From Negaprion brevirostris (lineage: Eukaryota), in contig JARDVH010000193.1 of the NCBI GenBank assembly GCA_030324005.1, positions 104,261,805-104,325,804 of the forward strand: 64,000 bases of DNA, in the 5' to 3' direction. The translations under genes were made by a program, and so were the position numbers. The notes beneath the pieces were generated by a model. The model was not told the origin of the DNA, ran no database searches, and saw nothing but the letters and a program-made list of their open reading frames with translations. Below, piece after piece: positions 12,694 through 26,286 of this stretch (its first letter is position 1; each line of letters begins with the position of its first letter).

Positions 12694-12981
12694 CGGGTGG
12701 TATTTTCCAAGAAAGAATGGGAGTGTCAGGTTCTGACTGAAAACTGGTGTGTTTCTTCCCAGAAACACAGCCAGATTTTCACTTCAGACACTTTGGCAAA
12801 AAAAAAGCAGGAGGTGTGCTTTGCGCTGTCATTCTGACAGGGTGGGAGCTGATAGAGCCAGCAAACCTTGGCTCTACAGAGATCGCACCATGTCAGAGTG
12901 AAAGTGGAGATCATCAACCATCATTGCCAGCATCAGGGCTTCAATGCCCCATCTCTCCCCTCCCCCCCCCAACCCATCATC
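12694..12981. mobile_element. Harbinger-type MITE left part (ends in N gap)
   Basis: gggtggtattttcc...gagtgtcaggttctgactgaaaactgg, homologous to the left end at 14023. Confidence 0.55.
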
Positions 12982-14022
12982 NNNNNNNNNNNNNNNNNNN
13001 NNNNNNNNNNNNNNNNNNNNNNNNNNNNNNNNNNNNNNNNNNNNNNNNNNNNNNNNNNNNNNNNNNNNNNNNNNNNNNNNNTTCAAGTGCGTGCATTTCG
13101 AGTGATACTCAAAGTAAAATCCATGGGGCAGGTCACAAATAGCCTCGCTGCACGATACCTCTGACTCTCCCTACATTGGTCACAAATGTTTCTAATGATG
13201 CAGGCCACTGCTATGGGTTATCAAGGCTATCGATGGATCAGTCATTAGCGCTGAGTATTATTCAAGTTGCATCTGCTTCTGTGGCCAAACCACTACCCAA
13301 TTAAATCATAACATGAATGCAGAACAACAGCGCACGAGAATAGTTATCATTTAGAAAATAGCTCCTGACCTGTAATTGTTTCTGGTCAATGATTGCTCTA
13401 CTGCAAAAAGGGAAAAAACAGCCAGGATTACACTGCAAAATCGTTGTGAGAATTAGAATTGTTCGGATTGTAAAAAATACAAGACAGGGGCTTTTTTTGA
13501 TTTTCACCACTGTCCAAGTAATAGCAACCCCATACAGATTCCAATAGAGTTTCATCTTTCCTTTGCGGTTTTTATACTCTAAATTTCCAGCCCATCTAAA
13601 TCAGAGACTGTGCCCCACAATCAGTCATGTTCTCAGCTTTCAAATGGCATCACTTACATTATGAAGCTGTCTCTAGCATTGCCTCTGATTGAATTCAAAT
13701 TGAATGTTAATGAACATGAATTGCATTTCAAGATAACGCACTTTCAAAGAAGGGGCTATTCATCAGGAATCCATCTGCAAAAATAAATCTGAAATGAAAA
13801 TTATTATTTTGCTGATTATAGAATCCAAGTACGTGATCAAAACAGAGAATGGATGATGATTAATTTAACAGTTTTATGTATTCAGTGCAAAGCCATTTTA
13901 ATTATATTGTGATTAAATTTAAGAAGTTCTGAACAAAGGAATAGTGGTGTGAATTAACTGCCTTTGACCCTGAATGATGAAGACCTTTCCAACAACGATC
14001 AATTAAGCAGAATACACACTAT

Positions 14023-14735
14023 GGAGCAGAAATTTCCCATAATTTTCCAGAGTGTCAGGCTCTGATAGCAAACTGGCAAGTATCTCTCCAGATGCACAGT
14101 CTAGTTTACAGACCAGATCATCAGGTACTTGGGCATCTGGGGGCATGGTTTATGCCAACAATCAGGCAGGGCAGGGCCTGACAGAGTGAACAAGGTCAAC
14201 TGCACAGACATCAAACCGCCGTCTTTAAAGAGTGCCCTGATCAGGAGGGAGTTAAGACTTCCCCCTGCAGCTTTCTGCCCTCCCGTCACCTCCCCCCCCC
14301 AACCCATCATCATTGCCGGCATCCACAACCTGGCATCACCTGGGTGCCAGGGGCACTGCCCAGCCATGTCCCTCGCCACTTGGGGGCTATACTCACCTCT
14401 GAGCCCCCAAACTGGTCATCACGACTGGTTTCCATTCTTGGAAAGAAGTAGTGAGTAGTGGTTCCTTCTGGCATGACATCACACCAGCGCAAGGGAACTT
14501 CTGATGACCCTAGAAGATGCGAGTGATTCAAATATATTTAAATCCATTTAAATGAATGATAATGAGGTTCACGCCCTCACTGGGCACAAGCCTGATTATG
14601 TTGCCAGTGGTGGCTGGGAGGGGTTGGGGGGGATGAAATCTCAAACAGATCTTGCCGTTGCAAATCCTGGTTTGGCCTTCTTGATCTCATGAGAGTTAAT
14701 GGATTACAGGATTTGGACTCATGGAGATTGGGCCC
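14023..14735. mobile_element. Harbinger-type MITE
   Basis: Termini ggagcagaaatttccc ... ggagattgggccc; GC-rich core. Confidence 0.6.
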
Positions 14736-16433
14736 AGAAAATCAAGGATCCCATGAAAGAATAAAAGAAAATAACAGACTCAAAGAAGAGCAGGGAAGTA
14801 GTCCGCATATTATCCAATGATTTATCTCAATGCTATTTGTGAGAGCTAGCTGTATGTGACTTATCTTGAAATTGTATCATTGACTGCATTCCAAAAATAC
14901 TCCATTGGCTGTGAAGCTCATTGAGAGATTATCACCCATCTACTTGAGGCTGTGAAAGGAGGTAACTTAATGCGAGTTATTTTGTTATTTTCTTACCAAC
15001 AGTGTGGTAAATCAACTTAGTTTGAAATAATTCCTGATTTAGCTTCTCGTGTAAATGGTGCTTACAGATTGACTAAACTGCATTCAGGATATAATGCAAA
15101 ACGTTGTTGACAGTGTTCTGAGATGTGAAGTATTGATTGGAGATGTCGGCAGTCATTTATTCCAGATTTTACTGATAGACTTCATCAATGAGCATCTGTG
15201 TTATGTTTTATTTAATACCAGCCAGTAGCTTTTTCTAAATGAGTTTTACCTGGCTCATTATTCACAATATGCAAAAGAGACAGCGGAGAGCATGAATATT
15301 TTATACCAGGTACACAAAAGATAATCAATGGTTGGCAGTGTAATCTGCCCCGCTTATTTATAACACTGATTATATAAAAGCAATAGTTGGGAATCAACAT
15401 TTCTCTAAACTACTGTATTAATCATGCCTTTGCATTTTTATGTTATTACTGTTATCATTATACACTTAGTAACACATTTTCAAAGCCTGCAGAAACATTA
15501 AAAAAAAACTGTTTTCTTCCTTAAATGCTTTAAATGGCCAATTTTCAACTTAAAAGAAAATAAAGTGCATTTTCTTCAAAGCAAACTGGGGAAAAGGCAG
15601 CACAGATGCATTCCTTGAATATTAGAAAACAGCATAAAGGCAGGAAGAATACCCAGACAGAGTGTATGTAGCAGTTTAACTTCAATGGCACTCTATTTGC
15701 ATTCAGTGTAACACTGAGTGATGACAATTCCTTATTGTTTTTTCCCAGATAACTACGAAGAGGTCATAAGTACTGGGCTCCACCAGTTCAACAACAGCAT
15801 CTCTCCAGTGAAAATGCAAGATTTGTTTTAAGCAGCTCCCCCTGCCACCACCATCACCTCCACCCTACCTCCTCCAATCCCACCCAAACACTCACCTCTT
15901 CTTACCAATTGTTCTTCTTTGCTAAGCATATTGAAATCTTGCTGGGGATAGTGGCCTGTCCTCTGGTCACTTACTCAAGTTCTTCGTGAAACTGACGTTC
16001 ACCATCTATAATATCAGCACCTTAGGCTATCCAGTAGAACTGGCCTTTACAATGCCACACCTGTACTTAGGCCAAGCTCACCAATGTGACTACTTTCCTT
16101 GGAATTCTATGTGGAAAATTCTATTGCTCAAAGAGGTTCTGGAAAATATTAGAAGACAGATTTCAGGATGGTTCAGTCAGTTCTCACCAGTGCTTTATCC
16201 CACGTCTCAGTATAGGCATGTCACATTGTGAACATTTGAGTTGATACTCTTAAAAGTTGAACATAAACAAGTTATTGAGATGACTGCCATAAATGAAATG
16301 ATCCTTGCATTTGTACTACAAAGAGTGGGTATTTCCTTTCTCCATACAAAACATACTAATTATGGGCAGAAAGAAAGCAACTACATTCTGTCCATGTCAT
16401 TAATATGGCCTATTGTTACTGTGATAACTGCAG

Positions 16434-16549
16434 AAGCAGGATTTTCAAGCCGCGCTCGCCCCAAGACCTCCTAAGGTCAACGGACATTTGCATAGTCCTG
16501 TACTGCCTGCCATGATTCTCATGGCGTACGGGATGGAAAAATTCTGCTT
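16434..16549. mobile_element. Short Harbinger-type MITE
   Basis: TIRs aagcaggattttc ... aaaaattctgctt. Confidence 0.6.
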
Positions 16550-16934
16550 AGGACTTGAATGGGGGATCATTGATTGATCTCCCTGTAGGATCCATTGAAT
16601 ATGAGCTCCCTGGAGATTGATAATTTACTCACCAAGTGGAGCTCCTAAACTGAGTCCTGTACAAAGCAGGCCCCCGAGTGTGTCCGTTATCATATTATTC
16701 TGGTTGGCAGCTGTTTGTGTTCACCAGTCTTGTGATTTTGCTTTCCTTTATTTTGTGCAATAAAGCTGACTTCTAGAGTTATTAGTAATACCCATTGGTG
16801 CTTAGAAGTATGGTTAGTGAACTTATTGAAACACNNNNNNNNNNNNNNNNNNNNNNNNNNNNNNNNNNNNNNNNNNNNNNNNNNNNNNNNNNNNNNNNNN
16901 NNNNNNNNNNNNNNNNNNNNNNNNNNNNNNNNNN

Positions 16935-17722
16935 GTGGCAGATGGAGTTCAACCCAGATAAGTGTGAAGTGGTTCATTTTGGCAGGTCAAATAGGATGGC
17001 AGAATATAATACAGGACTCTTGGCAGTGTGGAAGATCAGAAGGATCTTGGGGTCGGAGTTCACAGGACGCTCAAAGCAGCTGCGCAGGTTGAAGCTGTGG
17101 TTAAAAAGGCGTATGGTGTGTTGGCCTTCCTCAATCGAGGGATTGCGTTTCGGAGTCGGGAGGTAATGTTGCAGCTATATAGGACACTGGTCAGACGCCA
17201 CTTGGAGTACTGTGCTTAGTTCTGGTCGCCTCATTACAGGAAGGATGTGGAAGCCATAGAAAGGGTGCAGAGGAGATTTCCAAGGATGTGGTCTGGATTG
17301 GGGAGCGTGCCTTATGAGGATAGGTTGAGAGAGCTCGGCTTTTTCTCCTTGGAGAGGCAAAGGATGAGGAGTGACCTGATAGAGGTGTATAAGATGTTGA
17401 GAGGTATTGGTTGAGTGGACAGTCAGAGGCTTTTTCCCAGGACTGAAATGGTTGCCACAAGAGGACACTGGTTTAAGGTGCTGGGGAAGATGTCAGGGGT
17501 AAGTTTTTCACTCGGAATGGTGGGTGCGTGGAATGGGCTGCCGGCAACAGTGGTGGAGGCGGATTTGATAGGGTCTTTTAAGACACTTTTAGATAAGTAC
17601 ATGGAACTTAGTAAGATAGAGGGTTATAGGTAACAGTAGTAATCTCTAAGGTAGGGACATGTTTGGCGCAACTTTGTGGGCTGAAGGGCCTATATTGTGC
17701 TGTAGTTTTTCTATGTTTCTAT
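16935..17722 (+). mobile_element. CR1 LINE 3' fragment, relatively young
   Basis: WQMEFNPDKCEVVHFGRSN; DLGVGVH...KKAYGVLAF...VMLQLYRTLVRRHLEYCA; TRGHWFKV; tail gggctgaagggcc...ttctatgtttctat. Confidence 0.93.
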
Positions 17723-17744
17723 ATTTTTAAGTACTCGGAGACAC

Positions 17745-18042
17745 TATTAAAGAATAAGAGATGTCCTTTTTAATATAGAGATGAGGGGATGTTTTCTTCT
17801 CTCAGAGGGTCAATACTATGTAGATTTATTTTTATCAGTAAGCAGTAAATTTTCCGGTCATTGAATTTATTCAAGGCAATGTTAGATGGACTTTTGATCG
17901 ACAATAGAGTGAAGAATTATGGGGTAAAATAGGAAAGTGGACTTGTGACCACAACTAGATCAGTCATGATCTTACTGAATGGTGGAGCAGGCTTGAAGGG
18001 CTGAATGGCCTAATTCTGCTCCTCAGTCCTATGTTCCTACAT
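17745..18042 (+). mobile_element. Older CR1 3' end
   Basis: gaatggtggagcaggcttgaagggctgaatggcctaattctgctcct...tatgttcct tail. Confidence 0.75.
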
Positions 18043-19352
18043 GTAGCTGGGTTATTTCCAAAGTACAGGTGGAGTCTGTTCAATTTTCAGTGTGAGAAGG
18101 AGCTGCCAGAGAGCTGAGAAGCTTTGCATTATGTGCTTCCTGACTGTTATAACCCAAGCCCCAGTCATGGCATAACAATGCTTGAGCTTCGGATTGCACC
18201 GTGGGAGGCTTTGCTGCAGAGGGTCCTGAAATTCAGCTAGTCTGTGGCTCAGTAGGTAGATATGGAACATCTCAAATGGACAGGATGTGGAATCCTCCTC
18301 GGATATTGCTCAGAGGAGGATTGTTGATAAGTTCTTGTGAGGCTCTCTAAGCTGCATTTTTAACTAAGTGCATTTCTGGATTCCCAATTCCTGAATGAGC
18401 TTTTGAGCCGGGCATCTAGCCAATAGGTTGCAGCTCCTCCAACTCCATCTGCACTTAACTGTCTTCATTCTTATTCTTTGTTAGGTGTAGTGCTCCTTCT
18501 TTACACACATTAATTGATCCCTGTAGTATGGATGCAGCTGTTTTGTTGTTTTATCCCTGTGGGAATGGATGACACAGAGTGCTGTGAGATTCTCAGACAA
18601 GGCCAAACATCTGCTGCTCTTATGCAGTTGTAGAAGTAGAAAAAAAGCTTATTATAGATTGATGGCAACAAGAAACTTAAGCAAAATTTGCTTGACAAGC
18701 ACTTTTATGACTTATTCTCGAGATTTGGGTGTCTCTAGCAAATCTGCCATTTATTATTCATCCCTCCAACCTCTTAGACCTTGAAAGAGCAATGGTGGGC
18801 TTTCTTGAACTCCTCCTATTATTCCCTGCAGTTGTTTGAGTGAATTCAGAAAGCTGTCAGTCAGGTTGGTTGGTGGGATAGGAGTCAAATGTAGGTCGGA
18901 TTGAACAAAAAGAATAGATTTCCTTCCACAAAAGAGCATTAATTAACCACTTGGATTCCAACATCCATTAAGCAAGAGTGAGTGTTGGGATGAGTGAATA
19001 AAGGGATAAGGAATGAGAGAGAAAAATATATTAGCCATAAGCTTGGTTAGTTTTTGAATTCATCATTTAATTTCTCCTAGGTTCTCTTCTCCTAATGAGC
19101 CGTGACACAGATTAGATGATTCATGTTCTGTTTGTATGAATTGCATTACATCCAGCCTTCTGAAAACAGATAGTAAAAAGACATATGTTGAATGAGGAAC
19201 ATGAGAAAAGATGTGTTCCAGCCAAGTACCCAGACTGGAAACCGTCTTGTGTGAGCCTGTGAACATGCAGCATGCAGGTAATGTTGGCAGTGTAATTGGT
19301 GTTTGTTGCTTTTTGCAAACACCTCACTATTGCCATAATGTTTGGTGCCCTG

Positions 19353-21400
19353 TGTGATGAGTATCTAGTCTGTGGCTCATGATAATATTTTTGAGGTATG
19401 AAGCTCTGGGAAGATTAAAGTGCATAAAATGGAATAAAAACGAAAAGCAACTTGGAGTCAATCGCATTTAAAATATTCGGCCGGATTTTACCATCCAATT
19501 GCGCCTGTTTTCAGGCACAAAAACTTGGTAAAGTCGGACACGAGGCGAGTAGCGCTCACTTCCATACTGGTTCCTCCTTTACCAAAGCCTTAAAATGGCC
19601 ATGATCAGGACGTGCCTGAAACAGGCGCGATGAGCATTTACTTAAATTGACTTAATGTGCTGCATGTCCAATCTTACCGGCACTCCCCCTTTTCCCACTG
19701 TGTTTGCCCATCTAGATTCAGCGCAAAATGGATATGCTCTACAAAAGTCTGATTCAGACGCTCCAGTTAGTGAGGTGGTAAGTGAGGCTTTCTGCTTGTG
19801 ATCATTTGGGGGTGGGGAGGAAGTCCGCTGCCATTCTGCCTAAGATCAGNNNNNNNNNNNNNNNNNNNNNNNNNNNNNNNNNNNNNNNNNNNNNNNNNNN
19901 NNNNNNNNNNNNNNNNNNNNNNNNNNNNNNNNNNNNNNNNNNNNNNNNNNNNNNNNNNNNNNNNNNNNNNNNNNNNNNNNNNNNNNNNNNNNNNNNNNNN
20001 NNNNNNNNNNNNNNNNNNNNNNNNNNNNNNNNNNNNNNNNNNNNNNNNNNNNNNNNNNNNNNNNNNNNNNNNNNNNNNNNNNNNNNNNNNNNNNNNNNNN
20101 NNNNNNNNNNNNNNNNNNNNNNNNNNNNNNNNNNNNNNNNNNNNNNAATGTCTGTGGGGGCCGGGGCCGACATTATCTGGCCCGGGAGTGATGTAGCCGG
20201 GGAGGCCGCATTCTATCATTCTTTTCCTGCGCATGCGCAGTTGGAGGCACCAGAGATGCAAGGTTTTGGACACATTAAGCCACACTCACAGGCTTCTGCA
20301 GCACGATTCAGAATCACTGGTATTTTTGCAGACAGAGTGCATATTGGGGCGCCTGAGTACAAATCTAAAAGTCGGATCTGAAACACTCCCAGTTTCACAT
20401 CTGCCCAGCACTCAGAATCAAAATGGTAAAATAGGACCTTTTGAGACCAAAAGAATGAGCAAATGGGTTTACTTAGCTGGAGAGCTGGAGATGTGACACC
20501 AATACTACTTGCTAAGAAGTGCTGTCCAGAGAGATGTTTTGCCTTTAAAGTTAAAATGAAACTAATTTGAAGCATTCAGTGTATCCTGAACAGTTAAATG
20601 ACCATGGAGCTTAAGAAGATTCTCTGGTTTCAATTTTTATAAGTGTTCTGTAGTGAAGGAAAAGACCCCAGACCAAAGAGATGCTGCTGTTGGCAAGTAG
20701 CAGGCAGATAGGGCTCAGAAAACCCCTAGGAACTGTTAACAGAGTGCAGGCAAATAGGGCTCAGGAGATGTCATGGGAGCAATTTATAGTTCAGTGCAGC
20801 TGGGAGATTGGAGTTTGGAGAAACCTATGAACAGTGACAGCTTAGTGAAGCTAAATGATTGGCAGAAGAGCTGGAATTGTGCTGGGAGTTAGAGGCAGGG
20901 GTGTGACTTTTGGAATCCTGTGGAATGTAGTCTCAAGAAGAGAGGTTGAACCATTGAGAAGTGAACAGTCATTGATGTAATCCAAATCAGAGTCGCTTTT
21001 GAGAGAAATAAAAGGCTGGATCTTCAAAAGAGAAATATTAAAATTCCCCCACAAGGGAGACAGAACTTTAATGAGGTTTTGTGCTTCATAATGGTCACTG
21101 ATGTCTGGGTGGGTTGCTGAAAGATCTGTGGAATTAGACTTGGTTGCATCTATCATTTAATGTGCAGTTTTTCATTTTCAATCGCAGCTTTCCTGTTAAT
21201 TCGATTTACTCCAAGTTAATTCTGAATGTCAGAGTGTAAAATAGATCTTGTACATTGTTTTATTTTGTATAGTAAAACCTATTTTGTTTGTTGAAAACTG
21301 CGGAATCTTGTGGCTTTATTCTCCTAAAGTGGGTAATTTGGATCTCAAACTTTGTCTATTTTAAATAAACAAGTTACTGCTCCCGAAACAGATTGTAACA
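19353..21400 (+). mobile_element. Solo LTR (probably Gypsy) with nested MITE
   Basis: Begins tgtgatg, ends tgtaaca; identical 4-bp flanks cctg (19349-19352 and 21401-21404); aataaa near the 3' end. Confidence 0.7.
19479..20438. mobile_element. Harbinger-type MITE (family also at 36509)
   Basis: TIRs ggccggattttacc ... ggtaaaataggacc; internal aaaacttggtaaagtcgg shared with the 36509 copy. Confidence 0.75.
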
Positions 21401-22799
21401 CCTGGTAACACATTGCATGCCTATAACCTGGAAATGCACATGCCAAGTTGTTACATTGGTGTGTGATAAATTGTTACCCTAAGCTGAAAAGTGCAGCACA
21501 GTCAAAGTACTGTGAATGGCAACATTGTAAAATTAAGGAAAATTTCAGCAGAATTTACACTGGCAGCCTTCTTGGGACTAGTAACTTTTTTCTTCTATTG
21601 CTCCTAAATTTGATGCACACAAGTCATGTTGGGCTGAATTTAATGGTATGGCTCAGTTCTCTGGCTGGAAAGCTGGTGGCAATCCCACTGTAGTCAAGAG
21701 TGTCTAAGATCTCCAATGGAATTAAATCTGAATCAGCTACTTCCCTCCCTGTCATTGGGGTTCCTGGTCCTTTCAAAGTGAAGGTTCCACCTCCAAGAAC
21801 TGTCTGTCAACTTGAGGGCCAATAATTCTCCAGTTCCAGCAGCACCACTGCTGGGACTGCAATAAACCTGGGATCGTGTGCAGTACTGAATACCCACTGG
21901 AGAGGTAAGTGGGGTGGGCCAACTGGTATGCTCCTGCAAGTGGGGGAGGGATATTATTGTGGAAGATAGGGACATGGGGTCATCCCATGGGGTCATCCCA
22001 TTGCCACTGATTTTCTGGATCTGCTATTATAGGATCTACCACAGGGGGATGTAATGGACCAGCCCAATGTCGATTGACCTCAGTTGGACCAGGTGATCTC
22101 AGAAGCAGGCAGGGGTGGAGAATCCTTGTGTCTGATTAGCCTGCAGGCAGACTATCAAGTACACAACGAATGCAAGCAATCTTTTGTTTGAAGAAGAAAT
22201 ATTTTGTAAAGGACTACATAGATGGAAGGCACTTTCTCCTTGTGCCTTCTTTTATTATTCTCAAAGAAGTTAAATAATTATTAACTCACAATACACACAA
22301 CATTTTAAATCATCTAGGAGACTTTGTACGTTCTTAGGCAGTGTCTAACAATAAGAACTCACAAGCATTCAGTGACATTTGTATTCTTTTCATCTCTGGA
22401 TTTTGATCCAAAGCAGACACCCATTAACTAATTCATGATTATCTGGGCACTCCATAACTTAGAAGCAGACCTCTCAAACCTTTGGAAAACGGATCACTGC
22501 GTGTTACCCGTGACCAAAATATTTAGGACACATATACTTCCTGTTTTCAGGATAATTGTGAAACAAATAATTGAAACCTCAATTGTTTAGTGACATTATT
22601 GTATTTCTGCCCAGGCATAATGAATGAGAACAAGCAAAATATAAAATCTAAAAAAATCATGAGCAAATTAAAGTTCAGCTTTATGTGCAAATTGTAGAAA
22701 GCAGAATAAAAAGTGCTGAACGAATGTGGCTGGTTAATCAGTACCTGCAAATTAAGTGAAAATATAAATTTGCAGCTTTTTGTACATGAACTTTGCTGC

Positions 22800-23050
22800 C
22801 ATGATCAACATTTATTACCTAGGGCTAGTTTTTCATGGAAGAATGGTGCTGATCCACTTTCTTGAACCATTGCAATCATATTGCATGGGAACACCAAAGC
22901 ACCGTTAGGTAGGGAATCCCACGATAATGGTTCAGTGACGATCAAGGAATGGTAATATGTTTCCAATCAGAATGGGATGTGTCCTGGGAGGGGAGCTTGC
23001 AGGTGGTGTTCTGATGCACTTGCAGTGGTAGCAAATGCTCCAACCTTTTC
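22800..23050 (-). mobile_element. Old CR1-group LINE 3' fragment
   Basis: ttcttgaaccattgcaatc...acgatcaaggaatggtaatatgtttccaatcagaatgg, homologous to 39680-39830. Confidence 0.6.
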
Positions 23051-23180
23051 TTATGCACTTGTGTGTTGGTTCCCTCATCATTGAGGTTGGCAATGTTCAA
23101 GAAGCCTTCTCCTTCAATTAGTCATCCTTATTGGCAGACTATGATGCCTAGTTCAGGGCCCCCCCACCATTGGGAACATT

Positions 23181-24386
23181 GGGGGGTTGATTCTCCCAAA
23201 AGTTCTGAATTGGCAAGAAAATTGATGTTTTTTAGTCCAACTTCAGATCTGAATCTCTCACACTCTGTGCACTGCAGAAGTCACAAATTGTGAATAAAAA
23301 GCTTGGAGGGAGGCGGGGCATTTTAGGCTGGAGTCTAACAGTTCTGGGCCTCTGCACATGTGCTGTGGCCACGATCTGATAGATTGCAGTTTGCTGGCCA
23401 GCTCAATCGCTGGCCAGCCCGGGACCCCTGCAGTGCCGCACCTCCAGAACAACCCAAGGCCCGAGATCGGTCCAATCACGGCTCGCACAAACATTCCTGG
23501 GCCATACTCAAACCTCTGTTCTGGAGCACCCTGATCTCCGGCACCTGTCCCCAGTGGTAGTGATCCCCCCACTGCACTGGAAGATTCACCCCGTAAGGGA
23601 AACTACCCCCACAGGAGGAAAACCCCAGGAGACAGATTCCCCCCATCTCCAGCAGACCAACCACCGCAGCCTACACCAATCACTGGCCTCCCTCCAGCCC
23701 TGACTGGATCCCAATGCAGAGTGGCAGCGGAATCCCCCAGCCCCACCAATTACACCCAGGCCTGCCTACAATGGGCTCCGCCCCTTGGACCTAACCACAA
23801 TAAGTCCTGCTTGTTGCCCCCTTAGGCCCCATCCCCATGGCCCCAACCCTTGCACCATCTAAGCGCCTCCCTTTGCCCTCCAAGTCTTTACTCCCATGCC
23901 ATCTAGTCCCCATCCCCTTTCTCCCTCGGCACCACCCTGTGCATGGGCATTTTGCCCCTTGGGCAGTGCCAGGGGGCACAGGCTAGCACTGCTAGGGTGT
24001 CCATGTCAGGAGTCACCAGCCTCCCATTGCCCGACCCCGGGTGGGGTGCAATTGTCCCCCTTCACTCTGACGGGTCCTCCTGCTAGTTCCCCGAACATGG
24101 GGTGCTATTCGAAACCCCAATGGAGTGAAATACTCCTAATGGGGTGGGAGATGCTATCAGACCCAGAGAATTACATGCCAGTCCCAATAATCATATTTGA
24201 AATGCATTAAAACAGATTTAAAATAATTACCTCTCTTCCCACCAGTTTCCAGCACAGTCCCAGCTGCACTTATTCTCCAGATGTTCTCTAGGAACAAATG
24301 CGTGAATCCCATGAAATTGCCAACATGCGATTCTCCCATCCCAATGCTGCAAAAAATGTGCATGTTGGGATGGGAGAATTGGGCCC
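23181..24386. mobile_element. Full-length Harbinger-type MITE (~1.2 kb)
   Basis: TIRs gggggttgattctccc ... gggagaattgggccc; 3-bp TSD att on both sides (23178-23180, 24387-24389). Confidence 0.82.
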
Positions 24387-24389
24387 ATT

Positions 24390-25470
24390 CTTTCTGAATC
24401 TATCCTGTCTAATCCTGTTAGAATTTTATAAGTTTCTGTGAGATCCCCATCATTCTTCTAAACTCGAATGAATATAATCTTAACCGACATATTGCAGTCC
24501 TGTCATCTAAGGAATCAGCTTGGTAAACCTTTGCTGCACTTCTTCGATAGCAAGAACATCCTTCATCAGATAAGGACACGGAAACCACACACAATACTCC
24601 AGGTGTGGCCTCACCAAATCTCTTTGCCTACATTAATCCATTCTCACTATGAAGGCCAACAAACCATCTGCCTTCATTACTGCCTGCATGCTTAGTTTCA
24701 CCGACTGATGCATGAGGACACAAAAGTCTCACTGAGTGTTTACCTCTCTCAATTTTGAACAATAATCTGTTTTTCTAATTTTACTACAGAAGTGGAAAGC
24801 CTTAAATTTAACAACATCACACTGCATTTGCCATGCACATGCACACTCACTCAACCTGTCTAAATCACGGAAAATCATCTCTGCATCTTAACTTTATCGA
24901 AGTTTATCTAAATTTAGTTACTGGCGACGAGTAGGTTTACATTATCGCTGCAATAAAGTAACTGTGAAAATCCCCTAGTCACCACATTCCGGCATCTGTC
25001 TGGGTCATGCATCTCCAGACATCATTGCAGTCTTGTTTAAAAGGTTAAAGTTTATTTATTAGTGTCACAAGTAAGCTTACATTCATACTAAAATGAAATT
25101 ACTGTGAAAATCCCCTAAGCACCACATTCCAGGTACACTGAGGGAGAATTTAGCATGGCCAATTCACCTAACCTGCACATGTTGGAACTGTGGAAGGAAA
25201 CCGGAGCACCCGGAGGAAATCCACACAGACACAGGGAAAATGTGCAAACTGCACACAGACAGTGATCCAAGCCAAGAATCGAACCTGGGCCCCTGGCACT
25301 GTGAGGTAGCAGTGCTAACCACTGTGTCACCGTGCCACTCCCTCATCACAACTCGCCCTCCCACCCAACTTTGTATCATCTGCAAATGTGAAAATAATAC
25401 ATTTAATTCCCTCATCCAAATCATTAATATATAATGTGAGCAGTTGGGCTCCTAGCACAGTTCCCTGCGA
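24390..25470 (-). mobile_element. CR1 LINE fragment interrupted by V-SINEs
   Basis: Reverse strand catttgcagatgatacaaagttgggtggg (FADDTKLGG) near 25360-25390; LEYCV-type segment near 24580-24620. Confidence 0.8.
25045..25335 (-). mobile_element. V-SINE, tail type B
   Basis: Complete head, V-domain and tail in reverse orientation; a further tail fragment lies at 24895-25005. Confidence 0.88.
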
Positions 25471-26101
25471 TCATGAATTTTGATGAAGAATATACACTCA
25501 AATATATGTTTTACAGATGCAGACTGATTCTGTGCTGCTTCACCATTTTTCATTTTTACTGTTGGCCTTTGGTGATTCTCTGAAGGAAAACTTCTTTATT
25601 TCCTATTCTCTCTCCCCTATTCCCTACAGAGAATCACATCAGACCTGCCAAACTTGCAATGTTACATTTAATGAGGCTCTTTCAGGATCTGTTCATGCCC
25701 AACTCTGCTTCTGAAGATGCAGCTGAGACTAAGAGCTGGCACTTAGTGTCTGTTTTTGGACTGGTGCAATTTAAAAAAGGAATAGCACTCAATGATCAGA
25801 TGGCTGCCAGAGCACTATGCAAAAGTGCTGATGACCTCGGGGTGTCAACTGAGCTGCATTACAAAACCAAGATGTGGTACAAGCTACGTGTAGGAGCTAT
25901 AGGCAGTGGCAAAAATGACATGCAAGCCTGTGGAGGTTATGAAGCTGTCCATAAAGTCTTTTAGTATTTGAGAATCCCAGTTTGGATCATTTAGGGGAAG
26001 CAGCTTGTGTAAACTGGAATAAATCAAATGCAAATTTTGCTGTCGGAATTTCCAGTTACTGGATTCAAAATTTCGATCTGGATTTTTGCCGCCACACATT
26101 G

Positions 26102-26286
26102 GAGTAGATCTTGACTTTGAGCAACAGTGTAAAAAGGGTGACGGTGAGTCAGCAAGCTGTTTTGCATCTCTTCTGATGTTCATTTCCAAAGATTTCAGTG
26201 GAAATGGAAATGGCGGGTGCTGTGAAATGAGCTGCCAATTCACTCTCACCCATTTTACACCATCACACAAAGTCAAGATCTAGCTC
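26102..26286. mobile_element. Palindromic MITE (~185 bp)
   Basis: Perfect 15-bp inverted repeat tagatcttgactttg (26105-26119) / caaagtcaagatcta (26268-26282), with imperfect pairing extending inward. Confidence 0.78.
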
